From contig JABHSK010000005.1 of the NCBI GenBank assembly GCA_018669975.1, positions 57,123-121,122 of the forward strand: a stretch of DNA of 64,000 nucleotides, given 5' to 3'. The notes beneath the pieces are model-generated. The model ran no database searches and was not told the origin of the DNA. It worked only from the letters and a program-made list of their open reading frames with translations. Below are positions 1-12,322 of the stretch, piece by piece (positions within the stretch are counted from its first letter, which is position 1; each line of letters starts with the position of its first letter). The position numbers and the translations under genes were made by a program. The DNA comes from Candidatus Parcubacteria bacterium. Its GTDB lineage: Bacteria > Patescibacteriota > Patescibacteriia > UBA1558 > GWA2-36-10.

Positions 1-2520
1 GGAAGTCCAACCAGATTTATTCATGCCCTACTAAGCCATTTTTCTCGTTGTAAGGATGAAGTGGTCTATCCTGAGGAATATCTCAAGTATGCGGAAAATA
101 TTCATCTAGATACTGATCAGGCAGCTGATCGTGAAGAAATAGAACAGGAGTCATTACGTATTCGAGAGGTTGCCAGTGCCTATCATGTTTACCAACAGCT
201 GCTCCTAGATAACGACGCTTTAGATTTTGGTGATTTAATAAATTACACTCTTCGCTTATTTCAAAAACGTCCGCAGGTTCTTAAAAAATTTCGTGAGCAA
301 TTCAAATATATTTTAGTTGATGAATTTCAGGATACCAACTGGGCTCAATATGAATTGATTAAGGTGTTGGCCGAGCCAGTTAATAATTTGATGGTAGTTG
401 GTGATGATGATCAAGCTATTTATAAGTTTCGTGGTGCGGCTGTTTCTAATATTTTGAACTTTAAAAAAGATTATAAAAAATTGACAGAGATTTTTCTCAA
501 TGACAATTATCGATCTGGTCAAAAGATATTAGATACTGCCTATAAATTTATTCAACAAAATGATCCAGATAGGTTGGAGTATCAATACAAAAAACTTAAG
601 ACACCACTCAATAAAAAACTTAAGAGTCATATAGAAGATAAGGGGCAAGTTAAAGTATTTTCCTTTACTGATAAGAATGCAGAGATAGACGGAGTACTTA
701 ATCAGATAGTGGAGCTCAAGAAAAAAGATAAAGAACTCAGATGGTCTGATTTTGCTATTTTAGTACGGGCCAATGACCAGGCACAGGGTTTTGTCTCTAT
801 GATGAGGAAAACGGGTATACCGCATCAATTTTTAGCTTCTCGTGGCCTCTATGTACAAGATGTTGTCCAAGACATTATTGCCTATTTAAAATTATTAGAC
901 AATTATCATGAGTCACCGGCTTTATTTAGAATTTTATCTTTGCCAATTACTGGGGTAGACATCAAGACCATAATTAATTTGACTCATCTAGCCAATAAAA
1001 AACGTTGGAGTTTATTTTATACTCTCAAGGGTTATAAATCACATCTTGATTTGTCTTTAGCTGATCAGCGTATTATAGATAAGTTAATTGAAGGCATTGA
1101 ACAGCACACTGAACTAGCTAAACAAAAACCTGTTTCCCAGGTTGTTTATAGTTGGTTAGAGGGTAGTGGTTACCTCAAAATGTTGACCATAGAAGAAAAT
1201 CAATACAATCGAGATCAACTACATTTTCTTAATCAATTTTATAAAAAATTACGCACCTGGGAGGAAGAAGCAGTTGAGGGTGGCTCAGTACATGACTTTT
1301 TAGAAACCATTGAAATGGAATTGAGTTCTGGAGAAATGGGGGCTTTACAATTTGATGCCGAGGCTGGTCCAGATGTAGTTAAGGTTATGACGGTACATGG
1401 CTCTAAAGGTCTGGAATTTAAGTATATTTTTATTACCAATCTAGTACACCTTAGATTTCCTAGTACTCAAAGAAAAGATCCAATTGAGATGCCGGAGGAG
1501 TTTATTAAAGAAGACATGCCCACTGGTGACGCACACCTGCAGGAAGAAAGAAGATTGTTTTATGTGGCCTTGACCAGGGCTAAGCAGGCAGTATTTTTGA
1601 CCTGGGCTAAAGATTATGGTGGAGCCAGGGAGAAGAAACCATCTCGTTTTATAGAAGAAATCAACATAGCCTCTAAAGAAATTAAGTCCAAAGATGTCAA
1701 AGAGCCCGAGGATGTTAATAAGCAAATTAAGGGTGTTAAGTATGCAACGCCAAAACATTTTTCATTTTCTCAACTCAAAGCCTATGAAAGTTGTCCGCGA
1801 CAATACTTTTATACTTTTGTAGCCAAGATTCAAACCAAAGGTAATGCAATGTTTAGTTTTGGTAAAACCATTCATGATGCCTTGCATAAATTTTATCAAT
1901 TGATTATTGAACGCAATGAATCTGCTCAGGGTGATTTATTTAGTAAAGATAAGAAAGTAAAGCAGCCGACAGAAAAAGAGCTATTAGGTCTGTATGAAGA
2001 GGCCTGGATAGATGATTGGTATGAGTCAGCCGAGCAAAAAGAAAAATATCGAGCAGATGGTGTTAAAATTTTAAAAGAGTATTTTAAAAAGTTTAAAGGC
2101 AAATGGCCTATACCTTTATTTTTAGAAAAGGGCTTTACTATCAAGGTTGAAGGTCATAGTGTTCGTGGTAGATTTGATAGGGTTGATGCCGACGGTAAAG
2201 GTTGGGAGATTATTGATTACAAAACTGGTAGACCCAAAGAGAAGCTTAGTTTTGAAGATAAGAAACAATTATATATCTATCAATTGGCAGGAGAGGAAGT
2301 TTTTAAAACCACAGTTAAAGGTCTAAGTTTTTATTATATGACCAACAACACACCAATTTCTTTTATTGGCACAGAGAAAGAATTGAAAAAAACTAAAGAT
2401 TGGATAAGTGATACGGCTGATAAGGTTTTGTCTAATGACTTTACAGCCACACCAGGCTTCGTATGTAATACTTGTGATTTTAACAAGATTTGTCCTTTTG
2501 CTAAATTAAATAACAAATAA
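1..2520 (+). CDS. UvrD/PcrA-family helicase (C-terminal part; 5' end runs off the window) fused to a C-terminal PD-(D/E)XK Cas4/AddB-like nuclease domain with a Cys cluster
   Basis: Frame is open from nt 1. Helicase motifs LVDEFQDTN, VMTVHGSKGLEFKYIFI, RLFYVALTRAK; C-terminal SFSQLKAYESCPRQYF ... CNTCDFNKICPF (Cys4, RecB-like nuclease). Confidence 0.8.
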   Translation, partial: GSPTRFIHALLSHFSRCKDEVVYPEEYLKYAENIHLDTDQAADREEIEQESLRIREVASAYHVYQQLLLDNDALDFGDLINYTLRLFQKRPQVLKKFREQFKYILVDEFQDTNWAQYELIKVLAEPVNNLMVVGDDDQAIYKFRGAAVSNILNFKKDYKKLTEIFLNDNYRSGQKILDTAYKFIQQNDPDRLEYQYKKLKTPLNKKLKSHIEDKGQVKVFSFTDKNAEIDGVLNQIVELKKKDKELRWSDFAILVRANDQAQGFVSMMRKTGIPHQFLASRGLYVQDVVQDIIAYLKLLDNYHESPALFRILSLPITGVDIKTIINLTHLANKKRWSLFYTLKGYKSHLDLSLADQRIIDKLIEGIEQHTELAKQKPVSQVVYSWLEGSGYLKMLTIEENQYNRDQLHFLNQFYKKLRTWEEEAVEGGSVHDFLETIEMELSSGEMGALQFDAEAGPDVVKVMTVHGSKGLEFKYIFITNLVHLRFPSTQRKDPIEMPEEFIKEDMPTGDAHLQEERRLFYVALTRAKQAVFLTWAKDYGGAREKKPSRFIEEINIASKEIKSKDVKEPEDVNKQIKGVKYATPKHFSFSQLKAYESCPRQYFYTFVAKIQTKGNAMFSFGKTIHDALHKFYQLIIERNESAQGDLFSKDKKVKQPTEKELLGLYEEAWIDDWYESAEQKEKYRADGVKILKEYFKKFKGKWPIPLFLEKGFTIKVEGHSVRGRFDRVDADGKGWEIIDYKTGRPKEKLSFEDKKQLYIYQLAGEEVFKTTVKGLSFYYMTNNTPISFIGTEKELKKTKDWISDTADKVLSNDFTATPGFVCNTCDFNKICPFAKLNNK

Positions 2521-2523
2521 TTT

Positions 2524-2793
2524 ATGTCTGATTTTGATCAAATAAAAAAAGATGTCGAGGACATTAAGCAGAGGAATAAAAACGTAGAAACAGACAAGGC
2601 TTGGGAGCGTAGTTATGTGCGGCGAGTGGTATTGATGGTTTTTACTTATTTGATTTTAAGTTTGTATATGTTAGCTATAGAGATACCTAGGCCGTGGTTG
2701 AATTCTATAATACCGACAGTAGGATTTTTGTTATCTACTTTGTCACTGCCTTGGTTTAGGCGAATGTGGGAAAAATATTTTTATAATAAATAA
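2524..2793 (+). CDS. small hypothetical membrane protein
   Basis: ORF with a hydrophobic core segment; tightly spaced after the upstream gene. Confidence 0.35.
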   Translation: MSDFDQIKKDVEDIKQRNKNVETDKAWERSYVRRVVLMVFTYLILSLYMLAIEIPRPWLNSIIPTVGFLLSTLSLPWFRRMWEKYFYNK

Positions 2794-2796
2794 TTT

Positions 2797-3093
2797 ATGG
2801 CCTGGGCTAGCTTTAAAGATGCAGCACATAGATCACTGGACGAAAAAGGGATATCTACCCAGGTCCAGGAGTCTTTGGTGCTTAAAGAAGCTAACTATAT
2901 TATTAATAATTTTTTTGATCAGGCTGATCAGGAGAAAGCCAGAGCCATTTATTGGAAGGATAGTATTTTAACCATTGCGGTGCTTTGTGATAATCTATTT
3001 GAGGAGATTGATAGTCAAAAAGAGCAGTTTATTAATATTCTTAATAATCGTTTTGAGGATAATATAGTAGAAGAGCTAAGATTTCTAAATTAA
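2797..3093 (+). CDS. hypothetical protein
   Basis: ORF in an operon-like arrangement; no recognisable motif. Confidence 0.3.
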   Translation: MAWASFKDAAHRSLDEKGISTQVQESLVLKEANYIINNFFDQADQEKARAIYWKDSILTIAVLCDNLFEEIDSQKEQFINILNNRFEDNIVEELRFLN

Positions 3094-3136
3094 TCCTAGG
3101 CATTGATTTTTCCCTTTATTTTTAGTATTATTTATA

Positions 3137-3541
3137 TTGATGAATATCAAAACATACAATATATTCATGATTGTGGCCACAGCTCTAGCGTGGCTGGGTT
3201 TTTTTATAATAATCAACAGTTTTGACCCCTATGAAGCCAATGCGGTAGTTTTTATGCTTTTTTATGGAGTATTGTTTTTAGCATCCTTGGGCACCCTATC
3301 ATTATTGGGGTTTTGGTTGAGAACTTTATGGAATCGTCGTCGTGGTAGACCAAGATTGATGGTTACAGAATCTTTTAGACAATCAATTATTTTTGCTGGA
3401 GTGTTGATAATAGCCTTGTGGTTGCAAGCCAGCAGGATATTGACTTGGTGGAACATAATTATATTAGTTATTTTAGGGGCAGTTGTAGAATTCTTTATTT
3501 TAGTATTCTATCAAAGCCCAGAGAAAAAATTAGAAAAATAA
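3137..3541 (+). CDS. hypothetical polytopic membrane protein
   Basis: Three to four hydrophobic helices. Confidence 0.4.
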   Translation: MMNIKTYNIFMIVATALAWLGFFIIINSFDPYEANAVVFMLFYGVLFLASLGTLSLLGFWLRTLWNRRRGRPRLMVTESFRQSIIFAGVLIIALWLQASRILTWWNIIILVILGAVVEFFILVFYQSPEKKLEK

Positions 3542-3542
3542 T

Positions 3543-4550
3543 ATGGAAAAGAAATTACAGGATCTCAAAAAGACTTTTATGTCCGAAATGGACAATGTCA
3601 AAGACAGTCAGTTTTTGGCTGATTTAAAAAAGAAATATTTGGGACGAAAAGGAGAATTAACGGGCATATTAAAAGAAGTCAAAGATATGGCTTCTGAAGA
3701 AAAGCCGAGAGTTGGAAAATTAGCCAATGAGATTAAAGAGGAGTTGACAGAGGTTTTTAATAAGACCGAAAAGATAATCAAAAATAAAGGAGACCAGGCT
3801 ATTGATTTTGATCCAACTATGCCGGGCACAAAAAGACAAACTGGTCATCTTCATCCTTCTACTATAGTTCAGCAGGAAGTAGAGGATGCTTTTGTCAGTA
3901 TGGGTTTTTCAGTTTATGATGGACCACAATTAGAATCAGATTATTATAATTTTACAGCTCTTAATATTCCTGAAGAACATCCGGCTCGTGATAGTCATGA
4001 TACTTTTTGGTTAGAACAGAACTGGCTGTTAAGAACGCATACTTCAAATTTGCAAGTTAGGATGTTAGAAAAACATGGCGCTCCTTTCAGGGGTATATTT
4101 CCGGGCAGATGTTTTCGCTATGAATCTACTGACGCTTCACACGATCATACTTTTTTTCAATTAGAAGGATTAATGATAGATAAGGGTATAAATATTGGCA
4201 ACTTGATTGCTACTATGAAATCTTTGTTGTCAGCAGTATTTAATACTGACGTAGACGTTCGTTTGCGACCAGGGTTTTTTCCTTTTGTAGAGCCTGGGTT
4301 TGAGATGGACATCAAGTGTTTGGTTTGTGAGGGCAAGGGTTGCTCTGTTTGTAAGCAATCAGGCTGGGTAGAGCTGATGCCCTGTGGCATGGTACATCCA
4401 GAAGTACTTAAAGCCGGCGGTGTTGATCCTAATGAGTATTCAGGCTTTGCCTTTGGTCTAGGTCTAACTCGTCTAGTGATGATGAAGTATCGTATTGACG
4501 ACATAAGGCTGTTAGAGTCTGGCGATCTAAGATTTTTAAAACAATTTTAA
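3543..4550 (+). CDS. pheS: phenylalanine--tRNA ligase alpha subunit
   Basis: Class II aaRS motifs FRYESTDASHDHTFFQLEG, FPFVEPGFEMDIKC, GFAFGLGLTRLVMM. Confidence 0.9.
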   Translation: MEKKLQDLKKTFMSEMDNVKDSQFLADLKKKYLGRKGELTGILKEVKDMASEEKPRVGKLANEIKEELTEVFNKTEKIIKNKGDQAIDFDPTMPGTKRQTGHLHPSTIVQQEVEDAFVSMGFSVYDGPQLESDYYNFTALNIPEEHPARDSHDTFWLEQNWLLRTHTSNLQVRMLEKHGAPFRGIFPGRCFRYESTDASHDHTFFQLEGLMIDKGINIGNLIATMKSLLSAVFNTDVDVRLRPGFFPFVEPGFEMDIKCLVCEGKGCSVCKQSGWVELMPCGMVHPEVLKAGGVDPNEYSGFAFGLGLTRLVMMKYRIDDIRLLESGDLRFLKQF

Positions 4551-4551
4551 T

Positions 4552-6981
4552 ATGTATCTATCATTAAACTGGGTAAAAAACTGGCTTAAACTCCCCAAAG
4601 ATATTAGTGCTAAACAATTGGCGCTTGATTTAACTATGTCCACAGTAGAAGTCGAAGAAGTGATTGATCAGGCAGCTATGCTGGATAAAATAGTGGTTGG
4701 TAAAATTAAAGAAATCACCAAACATCCCAATGCAGATAGGCTGCAGGTTTGTCAGGTTGATATTGGTGAGACTACCAGCAAGATAGTTTGCGGTGGCAGC
4801 AATTTAACCAAGGGCATGTTGGTCGCTGTAGCGCAGATAGGTTCTCAAGTTCGTTGGCATGGTGAAGGGGAGTTAGTTACCTTGGCCAAAGCTAAAATTA
4901 GAGGTGTAGAAAGCAACGGTATGATAGCAGCCTCTACTGAAATTGGTTTAGGAGATTTATTTCCAGTTAAAGATGAAAATGAAATATTAGATTTATCTGC
5001 TCATAAAGTTAAATCAGGCCAGCCTCTAAGTGAGGCTTTGGGATTGAATGACATTATTATTGATATAGATAATAAATCTATTAATCATAGGCCTGATTTG
5101 TGGGGTCAGTACGGCCTAGCTAGAGAATTAGCAGCTATTTATAAGATAAAGCTCAAAGAGTACGCAGTAGCTGATTTGACGCCACAGAGTAAGGGTAAAT
5201 TAAAAGTGACTGTTACTGACAAGAAAAACTGTTTTAGATATTTAGGCCTAGCTATCAGTGGTGTGAAGGTAATCGAATCACCTCTATGGCTCAAGAGCCA
5301 ACTGCAGGCAGTTGGTATCCGTCCGATTAATAACATTGTTGATGTAACCAATTATATTTTGTATGAGTTGGGGCAACCTCTGCATGCTTTTGATAATCGT
5401 CAAATAGCCAATAATAATATTGAGATTAAGCAAGCCCAAAAAGGTGAGTCATTCGTTACTTTAGACGGAGAAAAAAGAAAACTACCTGAAGGAGCGCTGA
5501 TGATAGCTGATAGTGAAAAATATGTGGCTCTAGCCGGTATTATGGGCGGTCAGAATAGTGAAATTAGTCAGGATACTACAGATATTATTATTGAGGCTGC
5601 TAATTTTAGAGATATAAGCATTAGACATACTTCTGTGGTCTTAGGTCTTAGGAGTGAGAGTTCTGCTCGTTTTGAAAAGTCGCTTGATCCAGTTATAGCT
5701 GAGACAGCCATTAAAAAAGCTGCCCAAATGATTTTGGAGTTATGCCCGGATGCAGTTGTTGCTAGTCAACTAGTCGATGTTAATAATAATCCATTTAAGG
5801 AAGTAAGTTTGCAGGTACCTGAAGCACTTATTAATAATCGTTTTGGTGTAGTTATACCGACAGCTGATATAAAAGATATACTTAAGCGATTACAATTTGA
5901 AGTAAGTTATAAAGCAAAGACATTTAATATTAAGGTGCCATCTTTCAGGGCTACTAAAGATATTTCTATCCCAGAGGATATAGTGGAGGAGGTGGCTAGA
6001 ATTTATGGTTATGACAATATCCAAGCACAGTTGCCAATAGTAACTCTGCAAGAACCACGTGCTAATATAGCGTACCAAGCTGGTCGTGATATTAAACGAT
6101 GGTTAGCTCTGTCTCAGTTATATAATGAAGTCTACACCTACCCTTTTACAGATCAGGGCTGGGTTAAAAAAATGAACTTGGATATAATTCAACATATTAA
6201 ATTAAAAAATGCTGTTAGCCCAGAACAAGGTTATCTTAATCTATCATTGCTGCCGAATCTTTTGAAAAGAGCAGAAGAAAATATGCGTTGGTATGAGGAA
6301 TTTAGAATTTTCGAATTAGAAAGAGTATTTGATAAAAGTAGTAAGGGTGTTTATCATACCGAAAAGAGTAAAAACAAATTTTTACCCAAACAAGACAAGG
6401 TGTTAGCTGGCGTAGAAGTCAGCAAACAGACTCAGGAGCAATTGTTTTTATCTATTAAGGGCCTAATTAGCTCCATGATGAGCTATTGGGGCATAGATTG
6501 GAATACAGAGAGGATTAATTTATCTTATGCCAAGGCTGCCTACCAGATTAAATATCAAGAAAATGTTTTAGGATATTTTGGTATTTTAGATTCTGGATTA
6601 TTTGATAGTGGTGGAGCTAAAGTAAATGTTGGTTTTTGGCAGGAAGATTTTACTTTGTTAATTAAATACATTGGTCAGGCACCAAAGTTTAGACAATTGC
6701 CTAAGTATCCTAGTATCAATAGAGATTTAGCTGTTATTGTAGACAAGGATCTGAATTGGCAGGAAATAGAGAACGAGGTACTAAAAGTATCACCTTTGAT
6801 GCAACACATTGAACCGTTTGATATCTTTGTAGGACAGAGCATAGGCGATGACAAAAAGTCCATTGCTTTTCACCTAGAGTTCAGGAGCGATGATAGGACA
6901 TTATTAGCAGAAGATATAGATAAAGTAATGGAGAATATTGTGGAAATACTACAGAAAAAATTTCAGGCTGTTCGTCGATAG
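4552..6981 (+). CDS. pheT: phenylalanine--tRNA ligase beta subunit
   Basis: Directly follows pheS; N-terminal tRNA-binding fold, B3/B4 and C-terminal FDIF...GQSIG...KKSIAFHLEF signature. Confidence 0.9.
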   Translation: MYLSLNWVKNWLKLPKDISAKQLALDLTMSTVEVEEVIDQAAMLDKIVVGKIKEITKHPNADRLQVCQVDIGETTSKIVCGGSNLTKGMLVAVAQIGSQVRWHGEGELVTLAKAKIRGVESNGMIAASTEIGLGDLFPVKDENEILDLSAHKVKSGQPLSEALGLNDIIIDIDNKSINHRPDLWGQYGLARELAAIYKIKLKEYAVADLTPQSKGKLKVTVTDKKNCFRYLGLAISGVKVIESPLWLKSQLQAVGIRPINNIVDVTNYILYELGQPLHAFDNRQIANNNIEIKQAQKGESFVTLDGEKRKLPEGALMIADSEKYVALAGIMGGQNSEISQDTTDIIIEAANFRDISIRHTSVVLGLRSESSARFEKSLDPVIAETAIKKAAQMILELCPDAVVASQLVDVNNNPFKEVSLQVPEALINNRFGVVIPTADIKDILKRLQFEVSYKAKTFNIKVPSFRATKDISIPEDIVEEVARIYGYDNIQAQLPIVTLQEPRANIAYQAGRDIKRWLALSQLYNEVYTYPFTDQGWVKKMNLDIIQHIKLKNAVSPEQGYLNLSLLPNLLKRAEENMRWYEEFRIFELERVFDKSSKGVYHTEKSKNKFLPKQDKVLAGVEVSKQTQEQLFLSIKGLISSMMSYWGIDWNTERINLSYAKAAYQIKYQENVLGYFGILDSGLFDSGGAKVNVGFWQEDFTLLIKYIGQAPKFRQLPKYPSINRDLAVIVDKDLNWQEIENEVLKVSPLMQHIEPFDIFVGQSIGDDKKSIAFHLEFRSDDRTLLAEDIDKVMENIVEILQKKFQAVRR

Positions 6982-7028
6982 CCTTAAAAAAGATATTTGG
7001 GCTAATATTAGTTAAAAAATATACATAA

Positions 7029-7056
7029 AAAACAACCAATCTTGGTTGTTTTTTTG
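7029..7056 (+). terminator. intrinsic terminator after pheT
   Basis: aacaacc-aatc-ttggttgtt hairpin followed by a T-run. Confidence 0.6.
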
Positions 7057-7104
7057 CTGATTTTATGCTAAAATAAAGACATAATTTCGCATAAAAAATA
7101 CTAA

Positions 7105-9156
<2,052 letters not shown>

Positions 9157-9160
9157 GATT

Positions 9161-10891
9161 ATGATTTCAGATATCAGTCAACCAACTTTAAATATTCTAG
9201 CCTGGTCAAAGGTTATATTCTTTCTGTATACATTTTTGACAATATTTTTTATGTATAAAAAAAGACAACCATGGATTTTTATGTTACTGACCACGGTTGT
9301 TTTTGTTTCTTTCTATTTAGTTTTTTCTTGGCCACTACAGACACTATGGTGGGGCAATGTTGGTGATGAAATGTTTGTGCTTGGGTTCCTAGGAAAAGTT
9401 TTATTAGGAGACCCTTGGCATGATTTTTATTATGGGTGGTTGCCACAGTTTTATCCACCTCTTTATTTTTGGGTAACTGGATTATTGTCTAAGCCATTTG
9501 CTAGTAATGCTATTGTAGCGGCTAAAGCAGGTATCACAGGAGTATTAATTCTTTGGTTCCTAGGTTCTTATTTATGGCAAAAGTATTTTTGGAACAAAGT
9601 GAATCAGAACAAGCAGGACAAAGCACTCGAGTCATCAGCCTGGTTTTGGTGGTTGATGCCAGTTCTTTATTTTGTAATGCTAGATTTTGATACTATCATG
9701 CTCAAGCCCTATGAGTGTTTACCAGCCTTATTTGGTGTAATTTTGATAGGATTGATAGCCAAAAGTTTCAATGATCAAAAGTGGTTCTTAAAACATTATC
9801 TATTTATTGGCATTAGCGGTGGTTTATTGTTTTTGATTTATTATTTCTGGTGGATAATGTTGGTGCCAACTATATTTATCATGGCTTTACTTAGTCGAGA
9901 CAAATGGCTTAATATAAAAAGAACAATCTGGTTTGGATTAATTATTTTTTTGGTAGCATCAGTATTTATAGTACCTTTATTTATATCTTATTTTAAATAC
10001 GGTTTAGAGAATGGTCAGGCAGTGCATTTTATTCCAGAAGATTTTTTTACTTTTGTGCCTTGGCGACATTTATCGCTGCAATCTATTATGTATCTATTGG
10101 GGTTGAGTGGATTAATATTTTTTGTTAAAAAAAGTTTTGTGCAATCAAGTTTAGTCGTCCTGTTAGTAGCCTTTGCTTACCAATTATTCAACTACGTCTA
10201 TCTTTTGTTGGGCAACAGACCAATGCAATCATCAAAGGCTTTTTGGTTTTTAGGTACAGCCGCAGCGGCGATTGGATTAACTTATTTATTGATCTATCTT
10301 TATCAAAAATATATTTCTCAGTGGCAACCCAAGTTTAGATTGGGTGTTATTGTGTTAGGGTTTGTATTACTTGTTTCTAGAATGCCTTTTGTTTATTTTG
10401 TGGATGATCCAGTAGTTCTAATGCAAATAGAAAAAGATTTGCAGGTTCCACAGGGTACGGTACAGATAGCAGAAGCCATTAAGACTAATGTGCCTGATTA
10501 TGCAGATAGAACCTGGTTATCAAGTGGTTCTATGGAGTTAGGCGCATACTTACCCTTGTCTTATTATATTGCACATAGTATTCATTTTAGCCACCATGCA
10601 TCAAATTATTCTCAAAGGATGTTGGAAGTGGAGAGTTTGAGTGCTGCTAGTAGTCCAGAAGAATTTATGGCTATTATTGAGCAGGGACAGCCTAGGCAAA
10701 TAGATGCTATGTTGTTGTATCATAATTCTGAGCTTGATCAAGCTGGTGATTATCCGCTGTGGTTTTGGCATGATAATTTTCCTAATGGCGGTAAAGATGC
10801 AGAGATTCGTATATCGCAGGACTTGATTTCGGAGCAAGATTGGCAAGTAGTTTATGATATGAACAATTGGACTGTATTTGTTAGAAAATAA
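9161..10891 (+). CDS. polytopic membrane protein (more than 10 TM helices) with a C-terminal extracytoplasmic domain; possibly a GT-C-type glycosyltransferase
   Basis: Many hydrophobic helices, Trp/Tyr-rich loops; no definitive motif. Confidence 0.45.
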   Translation: MISDISQPTLNILAWSKVIFFLYTFLTIFFMYKKRQPWIFMLLTTVVFVSFYLVFSWPLQTLWWGNVGDEMFVLGFLGKVLLGDPWHDFYYGWLPQFYPPLYFWVTGLLSKPFASNAIVAAKAGITGVLILWFLGSYLWQKYFWNKVNQNKQDKALESSAWFWWLMPVLYFVMLDFDTIMLKPYECLPALFGVILIGLIAKSFNDQKWFLKHYLFIGISGGLLFLIYYFWWIMLVPTIFIMALLSRDKWLNIKRTIWFGLIIFLVASVFIVPLFISYFKYGLENGQAVHFIPEDFFTFVPWRHLSLQSIMYLLGLSGLIFFVKKSFVQSSLVVLLVAFAYQLFNYVYLLLGNRPMQSSKAFWFLGTAAAAIGLTYLLIYLYQKYISQWQPKFRLGVIVLGFVLLVSRMPFVYFVDDPVVLMQIEKDLQVPQGTVQIAEAIKTNVPDYADRTWLSSGSMELGAYLPLSYYIAHSIHFSHHASNYSQRMLEVESLSAASSPEEFMAIIEQGQPRQIDAMLLYHNSELDQAGDYPLWFWHDNFPNGGKDAEIRISQDLISEQDWQVVYDMNNWTVFVRK

Positions 10892-10902
10892 GCAGTTTTG
10901 TA

Positions 10903-10931
10903 TAAAAATCCCTAATTTTTAGGGCTTTTTT
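10903..10931 (+). terminator. intrinsic terminator
   Basis: ccctaa-ttttt-agggc hairpin plus T-run. Confidence 0.55.
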
Positions 10932-11015
10932 GATAGACTTGCCAAAACTATTTTTTTATGATATAGTAATGTCGTTACAAACAGCGCTACGGGGCTGTTT
11001 TAAAGAACTTATATT

Positions 11016-11204
11016 TTGACTATGAACAAATTAATTGCATATCTAAAAGGTTCCAGAGAAGAGCTGGGCAAGGTAGATTGGCCAAATAGAGAAACTACTA
11101 TCAACCATACTGTTATGGTAATTGGTGTATCTGTGTTAGTAGCTGTTTTTCTAGGCGGTATTGATTTTTTGCTTAGTAAAGCTTTGAAAATTGTAGTTGG
11201 ATAA
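11016..11204 (+). CDS. secE: preprotein translocase subunit SecE
   Basis: About 60 aa with a single C-terminal TM helix and conserved N-terminal region; located upstream of nusG. Confidence 0.75.
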   Translation: MTMNKLIAYLKGSREELGKVDWPNRETTINHTVMVIGVSVLVAVFLGGIDFLLSKALKIVVG

Positions 11205-11224
11205 ATTATTTAATTTAAAAATAT

Positions 11225-11770
11225 ATGCCAAAACAAAATCCACAAAAAGGTAGGAGATGGTATGTTCTACATACCTATTCTGGTTACGAAGAAAATGTAT
11301 CTAGAAACTTGAAACAGAGGATTGAATCTATGGATATGGAAGATAAAATCTTTGATGTTTTGATTCCTACAGAAACCAAGATTAAGATTAAGAATGGAAA
11401 ACGTAGAACAGTTCAGGAAAAAATATTTCCTGGTTATGTTTTGGTAAATATGATAGTAACTGACGCTTCATGGTATGTAGTAAGAAACACTCCTAACGTT
11501 ACAGGTTTTGTTGGTTCAGGCACCACTCCAACTCCAGTTTCAGAGGAAGAGATTAAGTCACTGATGGCTAAGATGGGTCAGGAAGAGCCAGAGTTCAAAG
11601 TGGATATTGCTATTGGTGAGGTGGTTAAGATTACCGACGGACCATTTAAGGATTATGAAGGTAAAGTTTCAGAAATTGACGAGGCTCGTGGTAAAGCTAA
11701 GGTGCTAGTGTCCATGTTTGGTCGTGAAACACCAGTCGAATTAGATTTTCTACAAATTAAAAAAATATAA
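11225..11770 (+). CDS. nusG: transcription termination/antitermination factor NusG
   Basis: NGN domain WYVLHTYSGYEENV; KOW motif GEVVKITDGPFKDYEGKV. Confidence 0.9.
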   Translation: MPKQNPQKGRRWYVLHTYSGYEENVSRNLKQRIESMDMEDKIFDVLIPTETKIKIKNGKRRTVQEKIFPGYVLVNMIVTDASWYVVRNTPNVTGFVGSGTTPTPVSEEEIKSLMAKMGQEEPEFKVDIAIGEVVKITDGPFKDYEGKVSEIDEARGKAKVLVSMFGRETPVELDFLQIKKI

Positions 11771-11833
11771 TTAAGATAATCAGAGGGAGCCAGTTTGTCG
11801 AATTGGCGTTTGTACCTCACAAATAATATAAAT

Positions 11834-12262
11834 ATGGCTAAACAATTAAAGCAATTAGTAAAATTGCAAATCCAGGCTGGTAAAGCCACACCGGCTCCTC
11901 CAGTAGGTACTGCTTTAGGGCCACACGGTCTAAACATTCAGGAGTTTTGTACCAAATTTAATGACGCTACCAAGGACAGAATGGGTGAAGTTGTGCCTGT
12001 AGATTTAAGTATCTATGAGGACAGAACTTTTGATTTTGTACTTAAGACTGCGCCAGCATCTGATATGATCAAGAAAAAAATCAATCTCAAGAAAGGTTCA
12101 GGCAGACCTTTGCAGGAAAAAGTAGGCAAATTAACTCAAGCTCAGTTGACTGAGATTGCAGAAGCTAAAATGCCAGACTTGAATGCTAATGATATTGAAG
12201 CAGCTAAAAAGATTATCGCTGGTACTGCTAAGCAAATGGGTGTGCAAATTGAAGAAAATTAA
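11834..12262 (+). CDS. rplK: 50S ribosomal protein L11
   Basis: [39 protein letters not shown]; start chosen at the conserved MAK (ORF track begins 39 nt upstream). Confidence 0.9.
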   Translation: MAKQLKQLVKLQIQAGKATPAPPVGTALGPHGLNIQEFCTKFNDATKDRMGEVVPVDLSIYEDRTFDFVLKTAPASDMIKKKINLKKGSGRPLQEKVGKLTQAQLTEIAEAKMPDLNANDIEAAKKIIAGTAKQMGVQIEEN

Positions 12263-12322
12263 TTTTTATTGAGGGAGCTCGGACTGTCATTTGAGCGTTT
12301 GCACCTCACAAATAATATAAAT

